A stretch of DNA of 64,000 bases, taken from positions 160,001-224,000 of the forward strand of contig CAJWLU010000003.1 in NCBI GenBank assembly GCA_913043225.1, in the 5' to 3' direction. The stretch comes from an uncultured Acidobacteriota bacterium (GTDB lineage: Bacteria > Acidobacteriota > Vicinamibacteria > Vicinamibacterales > UBA8438). Below the pieces are notes generated by a model. That model had not been told where the DNA came from and made no database searches. It saw nothing but the letters and a program-made list of their open reading frames with translations. Position numbers and translations under genes: made by a program. Shown piece after piece: positions 10,334 through 18,850 of the stretch (positions are counted from its first letter, which is position 1; each line of letters starts with the position of its first letter).

Positions 10334-10509
10334 TGGGAGCCTGCCCGGGAGGGCGGGTCCTCATGCACGCCCGCGGCTCGCTGGTTCCACTCGGCGGCGC
10401 GGAGGGTTGCGGTCGCCTTCGCCAGCGCGCGGAGTAGCGGTGTGAGGTCTTCGAGTCTGCGTCGTTGGGCGTCGGTCTCCGCCGCCGAGAGCCATTCGTC
10501 GACCGTCAT
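10330..10509 (-). CDS. Small hypothetical protein (59 aa, MTVDEWLSAAETDAQRRRLEDLTPLLRALAKATATLRAAEWN...), absent from the ORF track
   Basis: ATGA overlaps with both the upstream methyltransferase stop and the downstream amidase start. Confidence 0.7.
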   Translation of the reverse strand: MTVDEWLSAAETDAQRRRLEDLTPLLRALAKATATLRAAEWNQRAAGVHEDPPSRAGSQ

Positions 10510-11162
10510 CCTGCCTCCACTGGCCGGCGGATCGCGATAGCGACGCCGTCTCTTACCGGGAGAAAGCTTGTCGCCAGTCGTGAGTCACCCGCCAGACGGG
10601 TGTTGAACGCTGCGATCGCCGCCGTCTCGGCCGGATCTCGCTGTGGCGCGCTCACCAGGCCAGGCACTACCTCGCCTTCCCAGAGGACATTGTCGGTAAT
10701 CAGGAGCCCCCCGGGTCTGAGCAGCTCGACCAGCCGGTCGTGGAGCGGCTCGTACTGCAGCTTGTCGCCGTCGTTGAAGATCAGGTCGAAGGGGCCTGCG
10801 ATCTTGTGCACCAGGCGTGCCGCGTCACCGACCATGACGCTGACCTGATTAGCGAGGCCAGCCGCGGCCAGATGGCCCCGGGCCAGGATGGCCCGGTCGG
10901 CGTCCATCTCTATCGAGATGAGGCGTCCGCTCGCGGAGAGCGCCCGAGCCATCCAGAGCGTCGAGTACCCGTTGGCTGTGCCGATCTCGAGTACGCTTTT
11001 GGCGCCGCTGGCTACCACCATGGCGTGCAGGAACGATCCCACGGTCGAGTCGATGTTCGGGAGACCCAGCGCCTCGCCCTCGGCGGCCACCGTCTCGAGA
11101 AGAGGCGTGGACCTGTCGAGGCTAGCCAGGTAGCGTTCGATCTCTGGCGCGATGATCTGCAT
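10506..11162 (-). CDS. SAM-dependent O-methyltransferase (Methyltransf_3/YrrM-like)
   Basis: VLEIGTANGYS, FDLIFNDGDK, LRPGGLLITDNVLW; start at MQIIAPEIERY. Confidence 0.9.
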   Translation of the reverse strand: MQIIAPEIERYLASLDRSTPLLETVAAEGEALGLPNIDSTVGSFLHAMVVASGAKSVLEIGTANGYSTLWMARALSASGRLISIEMDADRAILARGHLAAAGLANQVSVMVGDAARLVHKIAGPFDLIFNDGDKLQYEPLHDRLVELLRPGGLLITDNVLWEGEVVPGLVSAPQRDPAETAAIAAFNTRLAGDSRLATSFLPVRDGVAIAIRRPVEAG

Positions 11163-11173
11163 GAGCCGCTCCT

Positions 11174-11698
11174 TCAGATCTCGTCCCCGTCGAGCATCTG
11201 CCTGAGCCGGTCTGCGTGCGCCGCGAGGAAACGCCGGTCCCGCTCCCGGTTGGCGGCCGCCTTCGAACGGATGATCTGGCTCAGTTTTGCCACCGGAATC
11301 TCGACCTTGTCGACGAGGAAGGTCCGCCGCTCGGCCCACAGATCATCGAATTCGAATGCCGCGACCTCCAGTGTCAGGTCGACGGCAAGCTCGATGGGAC
11401 GGGCAGCGCGTGTCGTGCATCGTTCGGCCACGACGCGGCGCGGTTGGTCGGCCTCCACGTGGAAGCCGAGCTTGTCACATGCGTCCCATGCGCGAACCAG
11501 ATTCCTGGAATCGAGCGGTAGCAACAGGTCGAGGTCGTCGGTCTCGAAGGTGTCGGCCGGATTCAGTGTATGGAAGTTCGCCCCCCCGACGCCGATCACG
11601 ATGTAGGTAACCCCGGCCTGGTCCAGCTGCCTGGCCACATCGACGAACGTGGCCAACCAAGGTGGGATGCCGCCCTTCACGCGCTCGTTGTCACTCAC
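11174..11698 (-). CDS. Nucleotidyltransferase-fold protein (DUF6036-like)
   Basis: YIVIGVGGA...TDDLDL; IIRSKAAANRERD C-terminal motif. Confidence 0.7.
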   Translation of the reverse strand: MSDNERVKGGIPPWLATFVDVARQLDQAGVTYIVIGVGGANFHTLNPADTFETDDLDLLLPLDSRNLVRAWDACDKLGFHVEADQPRRVVAERCTTRAARPIELAVDLTLEVAAFEFDDLWAERRTFLVDKVEIPVAKLSQIIRSKAAANRERDRRFLAAHADRLRQMLDGDEI

Positions 11699-12179
11699 CG
11701 TTCGATGAGGTCTGACCCCGTTCGAGGTAGCGCTTGAGCGATTCGAGCGAGTCAGTCCATCCAGCCGAAATCAGGGCGTAGTACCGTTGCCAGCGCTCCC
11801 CTTCCTCCGAGCCGCTCTGCCGCACGGTCAGCCGAGTGGCTGGACCCTCAACGCCACAGCTCACTTCCAGTGCCATCGGGCCGAACGGCTCCGATTGGGG
11901 TGGGAGCCAGTAGGCGTCGGCCAGAAAGAACTCCTTTTTCGGACGGAACTCCATGACCGTACCGTAGAAGACACCCCCAAGGGTGCCGAGCATCTGATCG
12001 CTGAACGGTGTCGACCGCCATTCCACCGCGTACACCCCGAGCGGACGCGGCGTGGTGACCGAACGCGCCGTGTCCCACCAGTCGCCGAGGGCCTTCGGGT
12101 CGAAGAACGCTGACAGGACGGTGCCGGGGGCCGCGGTGATTACGACCGAATGCTCGAAGGTTAGGGGAGGGACAGCCAT
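11691..12179 (-). CDS. SRPBCC/AHSA1-like domain protein
   Basis: VVITAAPGTVLSAFFDPKALGDWW ... TRLTVRQSG ... GWTDSLESLKRYLE. Confidence 0.8.
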   Translation of the reverse strand: MAVPPLTFEHSVVITAAPGTVLSAFFDPKALGDWWDTARSVTTPRPLGVYAVEWRSTPFSDQMLGTLGGVFYGTVMEFRPKKEFFLADAYWLPPQSEPFGPMALEVSCGVEGPATRLTVRQSGSEEGERWQRYYALISAGWTDSLESLKRYLERGQTSSNGE

Positions 12180-12217
12180 TAGTGAGACGCTGCCGATGGT
12201 ATCGGTCAGGCCCAGGT

Positions 12218-13375
12218 TCAGTAAAGCAGGTAGCGCTCGCACTGCTGCTTGAATTTGTCGACACCGTCCTCGATGGCGTGGTCCACCTCGGACCAGTCGG
12301 CGTCGGCATCGATCAGCGTTCGTATCCGGGACGAACCGGTCAGGATGTTGATCGGCGGGAGCACGGTCTCGTACTCGTATGGCGGCGTCCGCCAGCGGAA
12401 GTGGTCCGGCGCTTGCGCCCGGCAGGTCGCGAGCACTGCCACGGCCGCTTCCACCGGCTTGAAGCGGATCCGGTCCGTTACATGTAGCTGGCATCCACCG
12501 CACGTTGCTCCGGCGTGCTTCTGGAACGTGGGCTGGAATTCCGTCGGCCGAAAGTGTACGCCCGGCAGACTGCGCGCGTTCAGGGCGTCGGCCAGTGGGG
12601 TGGCTGTGAGCCATGGCGCTCCGAATAGCTCGAACGGCCGGGTGGTGCCTCGACCTTCTGACAGGTTGGTGCCTTCGAGCAGCACCATGCCCGGGTAGAC
12701 AATCGCGCCCTCGAGGGTGGGCAGATTCGGTGAAGGCAGCACCCATGGCAGTCCGGTGTCGTCGTGAAACATCTCCCGCCGCCACCCGTCCATCGTCAGC
12801 ACGTCGAGCTCCGCCCCGATGCCGAACCCTGCGTTGCAGAGCCGGGCCATCTCCCCGATCGTCAGTCCGTGCCGCAACGGCACCGGGTAGAGGCCGACGA
12901 ACGATTCGAAGCCCGGCTCGAGCATCGGGCCTTCGACGGCTAGCCCGCCGATCGGGTTGGGGCGATCACACACGATGACGGGCACCTTGGCCCGTTCGCA
13001 CGCCTTGAGGCAGTTTGCCAGGGTGTGGATATAGGTAAAGACCCGGGTGCCTACGTCCTGCAGATCCACGACCAGCGTGTCGAGGTCGGACAGCATCTCG
13101 GACGTCGGCTCGCGGGTTTCGCCGTAAAGCGAATACACCGGCACGTCTAGGGCAGGATGGCGCGCATGGTCGGTTTCGACCATGTTGTCCTGGACGTCGG
13201 CCCGGAAACCGTGCTGCGGGCCGAACAGCGCCGCCAGTGAGACGTCGGACATCCCGACCACCTGGTCCACGATGTGTCTGAGCCGGCCATCGATCGAGGC
13301 CGGGTTCGAGAGGAGGCCGACCCGCCTATCGGCAATCCGCGGCGCGAGCTTCGCCGAGCCCAGCGAGACTGTCAC
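12218..13375 (-). CDS. namZ: Exo-beta-N-acetylmuramidase NamZ family (DUF1343)
   Basis: LFGPQHG, YSLYGETREP, DLQDVGTR, DRPNPIGG, PSPNLPT, SEGRGTTRPFE. Confidence 0.9.
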   Translation of the reverse strand: MTVSLGSAKLAPRIADRRVGLLSNPASIDGRLRHIVDQVVGMSDVSLAALFGPQHGFRADVQDNMVETDHARHPALDVPVYSLYGETREPTSEMLSDLDTLVVDLQDVGTRVFTYIHTLANCLKACERAKVPVIVCDRPNPIGGLAVEGPMLEPGFESFVGLYPVPLRHGLTIGEMARLCNAGFGIGAELDVLTMDGWRREMFHDDTGLPWVLPSPNLPTLEGAIVYPGMVLLEGTNLSEGRGTTRPFELFGAPWLTATPLADALNARSLPGVHFRPTEFQPTFQKHAGATCGGCQLHVTDRIRFKPVEAAVAVLATCRAQAPDHFRWRTPPYEYETVLPPINILTGSSRIRTLIDADADWSEVDHAIEDGVDKFKQQCERYLLY

Positions 13376-13451
13376 AGGCGCAATTATAAGGCCGTTGCCT
13401 TATGGTTCAGGACGCTATCCCCAGTCCGTGCTATCATTTGCGACCGACGAC

Positions 13452-14426
13452 ATGTCAACCGCACAGGCCCGGAGCCGGGTTTCCGTGTCGCCGCCGTCTC
13501 CGCCCGCCGTCCGTCCCTTCCTCAAGTGGGCTGGAGGGAAGCGTCAGCTCCTCCCGGAAATTACCCGATTCGTGCCACCCAGTTTCGGGGCGTACTGCGA
13601 GCCGTTCCTGGGGAGCGGTGCCGTGTACTTCGATCTCGAGAGCCGGGGGCTGCTGGAGGGCCGTCGGGCGGCCCTGATGGACAACAACCCCGACCTCATC
13701 GGGGCCTGGCTGTCTCTGCGGGAGGATCCAGAAGCGGTGATCCGTGCGTTGCGTCGGTTGGCCGGATCGCACCGAGACGACCCTAAGGCCGCCTACTACC
13801 GGGTGCGGGACGAGCGTTTCAATCCGGCCCGCGCTGAGCTGATCTCTGCTGGCGGCCGGTGGAGCGAGGATTACGACGCGTCGCTGGCTGCGATGTTCGT
13901 CTACCTTAATCGCACCGGCTTCAATGGCCTGTTCCGCCTCAATAATGCGGGGCGCTTTAATGTGCCCGTGGGTAGATACGCCAACCCTCGGATCTGCGAC
14001 GCTCCCAATCTGCGCGCCGTTTCCACCGTCCTCTCTCGTCCTGGCGTCGAACTGCGCGAGGACCGGTTCGAGTCGGTCTGCGAATGGGCGATGCCGGGCG
14101 ACTTCATCTATTTCGATCCCCCCTACGCTCCAACAAGTGCGACCGCGTCCTTCACCGCCTACACCCCGGGCGGCTTCAACGGCGACGCTCAGCGTCGGCT
14201 CCAGATGGTCGTGGTCGAGCTAGCGCGCCGCGGTTGCCACGTGCTGCTCAGCAACTCCACTGCTCCGGATATCACTGCCCTTTACGCCGATAACGTGATG
14301 GCTCGGGCCGCCGGGTTGCGCGCGGTGCGGGTGTCGGCCCGGCGCGCGATCAACTCCAGGGGCGGATCGCGCGGAGCGGTCGAGGAGTACCTAATCTCCA
14401 ATATCCCGGCTCGCGACCGAACCTGA
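13452..14426 (+). CDS. DNA adenine methyltransferase (Dam/D12 class)
   Basis: PFLKWAGGKRQL, EPFLGSGAV, YLNRTGFNGLFR, YFDPPY. Confidence 0.92.
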   Translation: MSTAQARSRVSVSPPSPPAVRPFLKWAGGKRQLLPEITRFVPPSFGAYCEPFLGSGAVYFDLESRGLLEGRRAALMDNNPDLIGAWLSLREDPEAVIRALRRLAGSHRDDPKAAYYRVRDERFNPARAELISAGGRWSEDYDASLAAMFVYLNRTGFNGLFRLNNAGRFNVPVGRYANPRICDAPNLRAVSTVLSRPGVELREDRFESVCEWAMPGDFIYFDPPYAPTSATASFTAYTPGGFNGDAQRRLQMVVVELARRGCHVLLSNSTAPDITALYADNVMARAAGLRAVRVSARRAINSRGGSRGAVEEYLISNIPARDRT

Positions 14427-14500
14427 CGGTTGACGGCGTTCGATAGGTAGGGCGAACACGGGTATGATGTCCGTTTCGATCCACGCTCGATGGAGCTGCC

Positions 14501-15658
14501 GTGACCAATACCGAGCTGCATACTGACCTGCGCACCGCCGTGCGCGAGCTCTGCTCCCACTTTCCCGATACCTACTGGCGAGAGCTCGACGCGAAGGAGG
14601 CGTATCCCGAGGAATTCGTTAAGACGCTGACCGAGGCCGGATTCCTGGCCGCTCTGATCCCCGAAGATCTCGGCGGGTCTGGCCTGGGGATCGCCGAAGC
14701 GTCGATCATCCTCGAGGAGGTGAATCGTTCGGGTGGGAACTCCGCCGCTTGCCACGCGCAGATGTACATCATGGGCACGTTGCTGCGGCACGGGTCCGAC
14801 AAACAGCGTCGCCAGTATCTGCCCAAGATCGCCTCGGGCGAACTGCGTCTGCAGGCGTTCGGCGTGACCGAGCCGACGACGGGCACCGATACGACGCAGA
14901 TGAAGACGATGGCTGTCCGCAAGGGTGATAACTATGTTGTCAATGGGCAGAAGGTGTGGATTTCGCGGGTCGAGTACTCGGACCTGATGCTACTGGTTGC
15001 GCGCACCACGCCGATCGAAGAGGTCAAGAAGAAGACCGAGGGCCTGACCGCCATGCTGGTCGATCTGAAGCAGGCAGTGGGGAGCGGGATGACGGTGGTA
15101 CCCATCCGGGCGATGATCAATCACGCGACGACCGAGGTGTTCTTCGACAATCTTGAGGTGCCGGTGGCGAATCGGATCGGCGAAGAGGGGCAGGGGTTTC
15201 GTTATCTCCTTGACGGTCTGAACGCCGAGCGGATCCTGATTGCGGCCGAGTGCGTCGGTGACGGTCGCTGGTTTATCGACCGGGCCCGGAAGTACGCCAG
15301 CGATCGCGTCGTCTTTGGCCGGCCGATCGGTCAGAACCAGGGCATCCAGTTCCCGATTGCGCGCGCGCACGTCAACGTTGAGGCTGCCGATCTCATGCGG
15401 ATCCGGGCTGCTGCGCTGTTTGACGAAGGGAAATCCTGTGGCGCCGAAGCGAACATGGCGAAGCTGTTGGCCGCCGACGCCTCTTGGGAGGCGGCGAATG
15501 TCACCATGCAGACCTATGGAGGGTTCGGATTCGCCGAGGAGTACGACATCGAGCGCAAGTTTCGCGAGACTCGGCTCTATCAGACGGCGCCGATCTCGAC
15601 GAATCTCATCCTGTCCTACATCGGCCAGCACGTGTTGGGCATGCCGCGGTCGTTCTGA
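14501..15658 (+). CDS. Acyl-CoA dehydrogenase (possibly methylsuccinyl-CoA dehydrogenase-like)
   Basis: FGVTEPTTGTD, NGQKVWISR, FGRPIGQNQGIQFP, GGFGFAEEYDIERKFRE; first gene of a CoA-catabolic cluster. Confidence 0.9.
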   Translation: MTNTELHTDLRTAVRELCSHFPDTYWRELDAKEAYPEEFVKTLTEAGFLAALIPEDLGGSGLGIAEASIILEEVNRSGGNSAACHAQMYIMGTLLRHGSDKQRRQYLPKIASGELRLQAFGVTEPTTGTDTTQMKTMAVRKGDNYVVNGQKVWISRVEYSDLMLLVARTTPIEEVKKKTEGLTAMLVDLKQAVGSGMTVVPIRAMINHATTEVFFDNLEVPVANRIGEEGQGFRYLLDGLNAERILIAAECVGDGRWFIDRARKYASDRVVFGRPIGQNQGIQFPIARAHVNVEAADLMRIRAAALFDEGKSCGAEANMAKLLAADASWEAANVTMQTYGGFGFAEEYDIERKFRETRLYQTAPISTNLILSYIGQHVLGMPRSF

Positions 15659-15663
15659 TCACC

Positions 15664-16842
15664 ATGCTTCCTCTCGAGGGGGTCACCGTCCTCTCGCTCG
15701 AGCAGGCGGTGGCCGCGCCCTTCGCGACCCGCCAGCTGGCTGATCTGGGCGCCCGCGTCATCAAGATCGAGCGCCCCGGTGTGGGTGACTTCGCACGTTC
15801 GTATGACGCGACGGTGCAGGGCGAGTCGTCGCACTTCGTCTGGCTCAACCGGTCGAAGCAGTCGCTCACGCTCGATGTCAAGCATCCCGAGGCCGCTGAG
15901 GTGCTATCGCGGTTACTCAGCCGGGCGGACGTCTTCGTACAAAACCTGGCCCCGGGGGCGACCGGCCGACTTGGCCTGTCCGCCGAGACGTTGCGGGCGC
16001 GGTATCCCCGCCTGGTGGTTTGTGAGATCTCCGGCTATGGCTCGACGGGCCCCTACCGGGACCGCAAGGCGTACGACCTGCTGGTGCAGGCCGAGGCAGG
16101 GCTGCTCTCGATCACCGGCACGCCGGACGAGTCGGTGAAGGTAGGTATCTCGGTGGCGGACATCGCGGCCGGGATGTATGCCTATTCCGGCATCCTGACC
16201 GCGCTGTTGATGCGACACCAGACTAATGCCGGCACGGTCGTGGAGGTTTCGATGCTCGAAGCTCTGGGTGAGTGGATGTCGTATCCGTACTACTACGGTG
16301 TCTACGGCGGTACTCCGCCTCCACGCTCAGGAGCCAAGCATGCCGTGATCGCCCCCTACGGTCCGTTCGCCGGCGGCGATGGAGACGTCGTCTATCTCGG
16401 TATCCAGAATGAGCGGGAGTGGAAGCTCTTCTGCGCCGATGTGTTGCGCAGTCCCGAGCTCGCCGCGGATCCACGGTTCGACTCTAACGCGCGTCGCGTG
16501 GCGAATCAGCGGGACCTCGACCTGGAGATCGAAACGGTTTTCAGCGCCCTCGCCACTCCGGAGATTTTGGAGCGGCTGGAGCGCGCGAAGATTGCCAGCG
16601 GGCGGATGCGGACGGTGGCGCAGTTCGCCGAACACGAGCAACTGGCGGCCCGGTCGCGCTGGTGCGATGTGGAGACACCATCGGGCACCATCCGCGCCAC
16701 CTTACCGCCCGCCACCATTGAGGACGTCAAGCCGGTCATGGCGTCCGTGCCCTCGCTTGGCGAGGCCACCGATGCGGTCTTGGACGAGCTGGGTTTCGAT
16801 TCCTCGACGGTCCGTCGGTGGCGCGACGATGGAGTGATCTAA
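15664..16842 (+). CDS. Class III CoA-transferase (CaiB/BaiF; itaconate CoA-transferase-like)
   Basis: PLEGVTVLSLEQAVAAPFATRQLADLGARVIKIE, WLNRSKQS, KAYDLLVQ. Confidence 0.92.
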   Translation: MLPLEGVTVLSLEQAVAAPFATRQLADLGARVIKIERPGVGDFARSYDATVQGESSHFVWLNRSKQSLTLDVKHPEAAEVLSRLLSRADVFVQNLAPGATGRLGLSAETLRARYPRLVVCEISGYGSTGPYRDRKAYDLLVQAEAGLLSITGTPDESVKVGISVADIAAGMYAYSGILTALLMRHQTNAGTVVEVSMLEALGEWMSYPYYYGVYGGTPPPRSGAKHAVIAPYGPFAGGDGDVVYLGIQNEREWKLFCADVLRSPELAADPRFDSNARRVANQRDLDLEIETVFSALATPEILERLERAKIASGRMRTVAQFAEHEQLAARSRWCDVETPSGTIRATLPPATIEDVKPVMASVPSLGEATDAVLDELGFDSSTVRRWRDDGVI

Positions 16843-16860
16843 GACGAGGGAGTGATCTAA
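16825..16860 (+). repeat. 18-bp tandem duplication of the CoA-transferase 3' end
   Basis: gacgatggagtgatctaa / gacgagggagtgatctaa (1 mismatch). Confidence 0.85.
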
Positions 16861-16876
16861 TAGGAGAGGAGTCACG

Positions 16877-17377
16877 ATGCCAATCAAAGAAGGGTGGACC
16901 GGACGGGTCTACGAAGATTTCGAGGTGAGCGACATCTACGAGCACCCCCTCGGCCGCACGGTGCTTGCCGCTGACAACACCTGGGCCACGCTGCTTTCGA
17001 TGAACACCAACCCGATCCACTTCGACCATGCGTTCGCTGCCAATACGCCGTTCGGACGCACCCTGGTGGACTCGACGTTCACCCTGGCGGTGGTGACTGG
17101 CCAGTCGGTGACCGATCTATCTCAGAACGTCATGGCCAACCTGGGCTGGGATGAGGTGCGGTTGCCGAATCCGGTGTTCGACGGCGACACGATCTACTCG
17201 CGGAGCGAGGTGCTGGCTAAGCGGGAATCGAACTCAAGGCCGACGGTTGGCATTGTCACCGTCAAGTCGACCGGGTTCAACCAGGACGGTAAGATCGTCA
17301 TCGAGTTCAAGCGCACGTTCATGGTCTACAAGCGAGGGCACGTGCCGCCGCGGTTCCGTCCGCCCTCACCCGAGTAG
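16877..17377 (+). CDS. MaoC-family (R)-specific enoyl-CoA hydratase (RipB/Ich-like)
   Basis: GRVYEDFEV..YEHPLGRTV..DN..MNTNPIHFD, ANLGWDEVRL, KRESNSRP; RBS aggagagg. Confidence 0.88.
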   Translation: MPIKEGWTGRVYEDFEVSDIYEHPLGRTVLAADNTWATLLSMNTNPIHFDHAFAANTPFGRTLVDSTFTLAVVTGQSVTDLSQNVMANLGWDEVRLPNPVFDGDTIYSRSEVLAKRESNSRPTVGIVTVKSTGFNQDGKIVIEFKRTFMVYKRGHVPPRFRPPSPE

Positions 17378-17395
17378 GACGAGTCTGGGAGCGTT

Positions 17396-18850
17396 ATGCG
17401 GGACTGGACGCGGCGGGTGTGTCGCGTAGGGTGGGTCTCCGGACTGGGCCTGCTGATCGCCGTTCTGGCGGTCGGTTGCGGGCCTTCCTTGCCAGAGGTT
17501 GATGGCGATCTGGCCTTCGTCGGGGTGAACGTGCTCCCGATGACGGGCCGCGGCGGTCCGGTGGTTCTCGAGAACCAGACCGTGGTAGTCGACGGTCGCC
17601 GGATCGTCGCGATCGAGCCTACCGCCGACGTGGCCGTAACCGACGGCGTGAGGCTGGTCGAGGCCGAGGGCCAGTATCTGATGCCCGGGCTGGCAGAGAT
17701 GCACGGGCATCTGCTGGGTCGGCCGCTGCTACCGGCTGACATCCAGAACCTGCTCTTCCTCTACGTCGCCAATGGCGTGACCACGGTTCGCGGGATGCAG
17801 GGCGATCGATCGCACTTCAGGCTTCGCGACCAGATTGCGCGTGGGGAGACCATCGGTCCCCGTCTGTTTCTCGGCAGTCCCTCGTTGAACGGTGCGCGCG
17901 TCACTTCTCCCAAGGTTGGCGCCCAGCTCACCCGCGAGTACGAGCAACGGGGGTACGACCTGGTCAAGATGCACGAGGGGTTGAGCCTCGAGAGCTTTGA
18001 TGCGGTGGCCGATATGGCCCGTGAGGTTGGTATCCCCTTTGGGGGCCACGTGCCAGACGAGGTGGGGCTGCTCCGCGCGCTTGAGGCCGGTCAGGTGTCG
18101 ATCGACCACCTCGATAACTACATCCAGGCGCTGGTCCCCGAGGATCTTCGGCCGGCCGAGTCCGTCGGGCTGTTCGGGGTGGGCGAGCTGCTGCCGTTCG
18201 TGGACGAAGGCCGCCTGCCTGAGCTCGTCGAAGCGACCCAAACTGCCGGTGCCTGGGTGGTGCCGACGATGGTGCTGTGGGAGACGGCTTTCTTCGGCGC
18301 TTGGTCATCGGCGGAGTTGCGAGGCGAGCGGCCCGAATTGCGTTTTGTGCCGCCGGAGCTCGTGATTGAGTGGTCGCAGGCGATCGACGGCCGACTCGCG
18401 GGGACGGATCGGGTGGCCAATCGAGGGATCCGTGAGCTGCGGCGAACGATCTTGCGGGCGCTCGTCGATGGCGGCGTTCGGATCTTGCTAGGTACTGATT
18501 CGCCCCAGATCTTCAGTGTGCCCGGGTTTTCGCTGCACCATGAGATGGCGTTGTGGGTCGAGAACGGCATGACGCCCTACGAGGTGCTCGAGACCGGCAC
18601 CCGCCGGGTGGCCGAGTACTACGATGCGACCGACGACTTCGGGTCGGTCGAGGTCGGTCTCCGCGCGGACCTTCTGCTACTGACCGCCAATCCAATCGAG
18701 AATATAGACAATGTCGCCAAGCGCGCGGGGGTGATGTTGAACGGCCGTTGGTTCCCCGAAACCCACATTCAGCAGAGGTTGGCGGAGATGGCGACGTTCT
18801 ACGGTCATTGGACCGCACCCCTGCAGCCAAGAACCCATGAAAACCCTTGA
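17396..18850 (+). CDS. Amidohydrolase family protein, probable lipoprotein
   Basis: Lipobox LAVGC; LMPGLAEMHGH, ANGVTTVR, SIDHLD, LLGTDSP, ADLLLLTANP. Confidence 0.85.
   Translation: MRDWTRRVCRVGWVSGLGLLIAVLAVGCGPSLPEVDGDLAFVGVNVLPMTGRGGPVVLENQTVVVDGRRIVAIEPTADVAVTDGVRLVEAEGQYLMPGLAEMHGHLLGRPLLPADIQNLLFLYVANGVTTVRGMQGDRSHFRLRDQIARGETIGPRLFLGSPSLNGARVTSPKVGAQLTREYEQRGYDLVKMHEGLSLESFDAVADMAREVGIPFGGHVPDEVGLLRALEAGQVSIDHLDNYIQALVPEDLRPAESVGLFGVGELLPFVDEGRLPELVEATQTAGAWVVPTMVLWETAFFGAWSSAELRGERPELRFVPPELVIEWSQAIDGRLAGTDRVANRGIRELRRTILRALVDGGVRILLGTDSPQIFSVPGFSLHHEMALWVENGMTPYEVLETGTRRVAEYYDATDDFGSVEVGLRADLLLLTANPIENIDNVAKRAGVMLNGRWFPETHIQQRLAEMATFYGHWTAPLQPRTHENP

Noticed and set aside
11691..12785. 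364-aa ORF suggesting an N-terminally extended SRPBCC protein (similar extensions for dam, rpsD, pgk, gap, waaA, rfbD)
   Set aside because: Extensions overlap neighbouring genes or precede the RBS; starts were trimmed to where family homology begins
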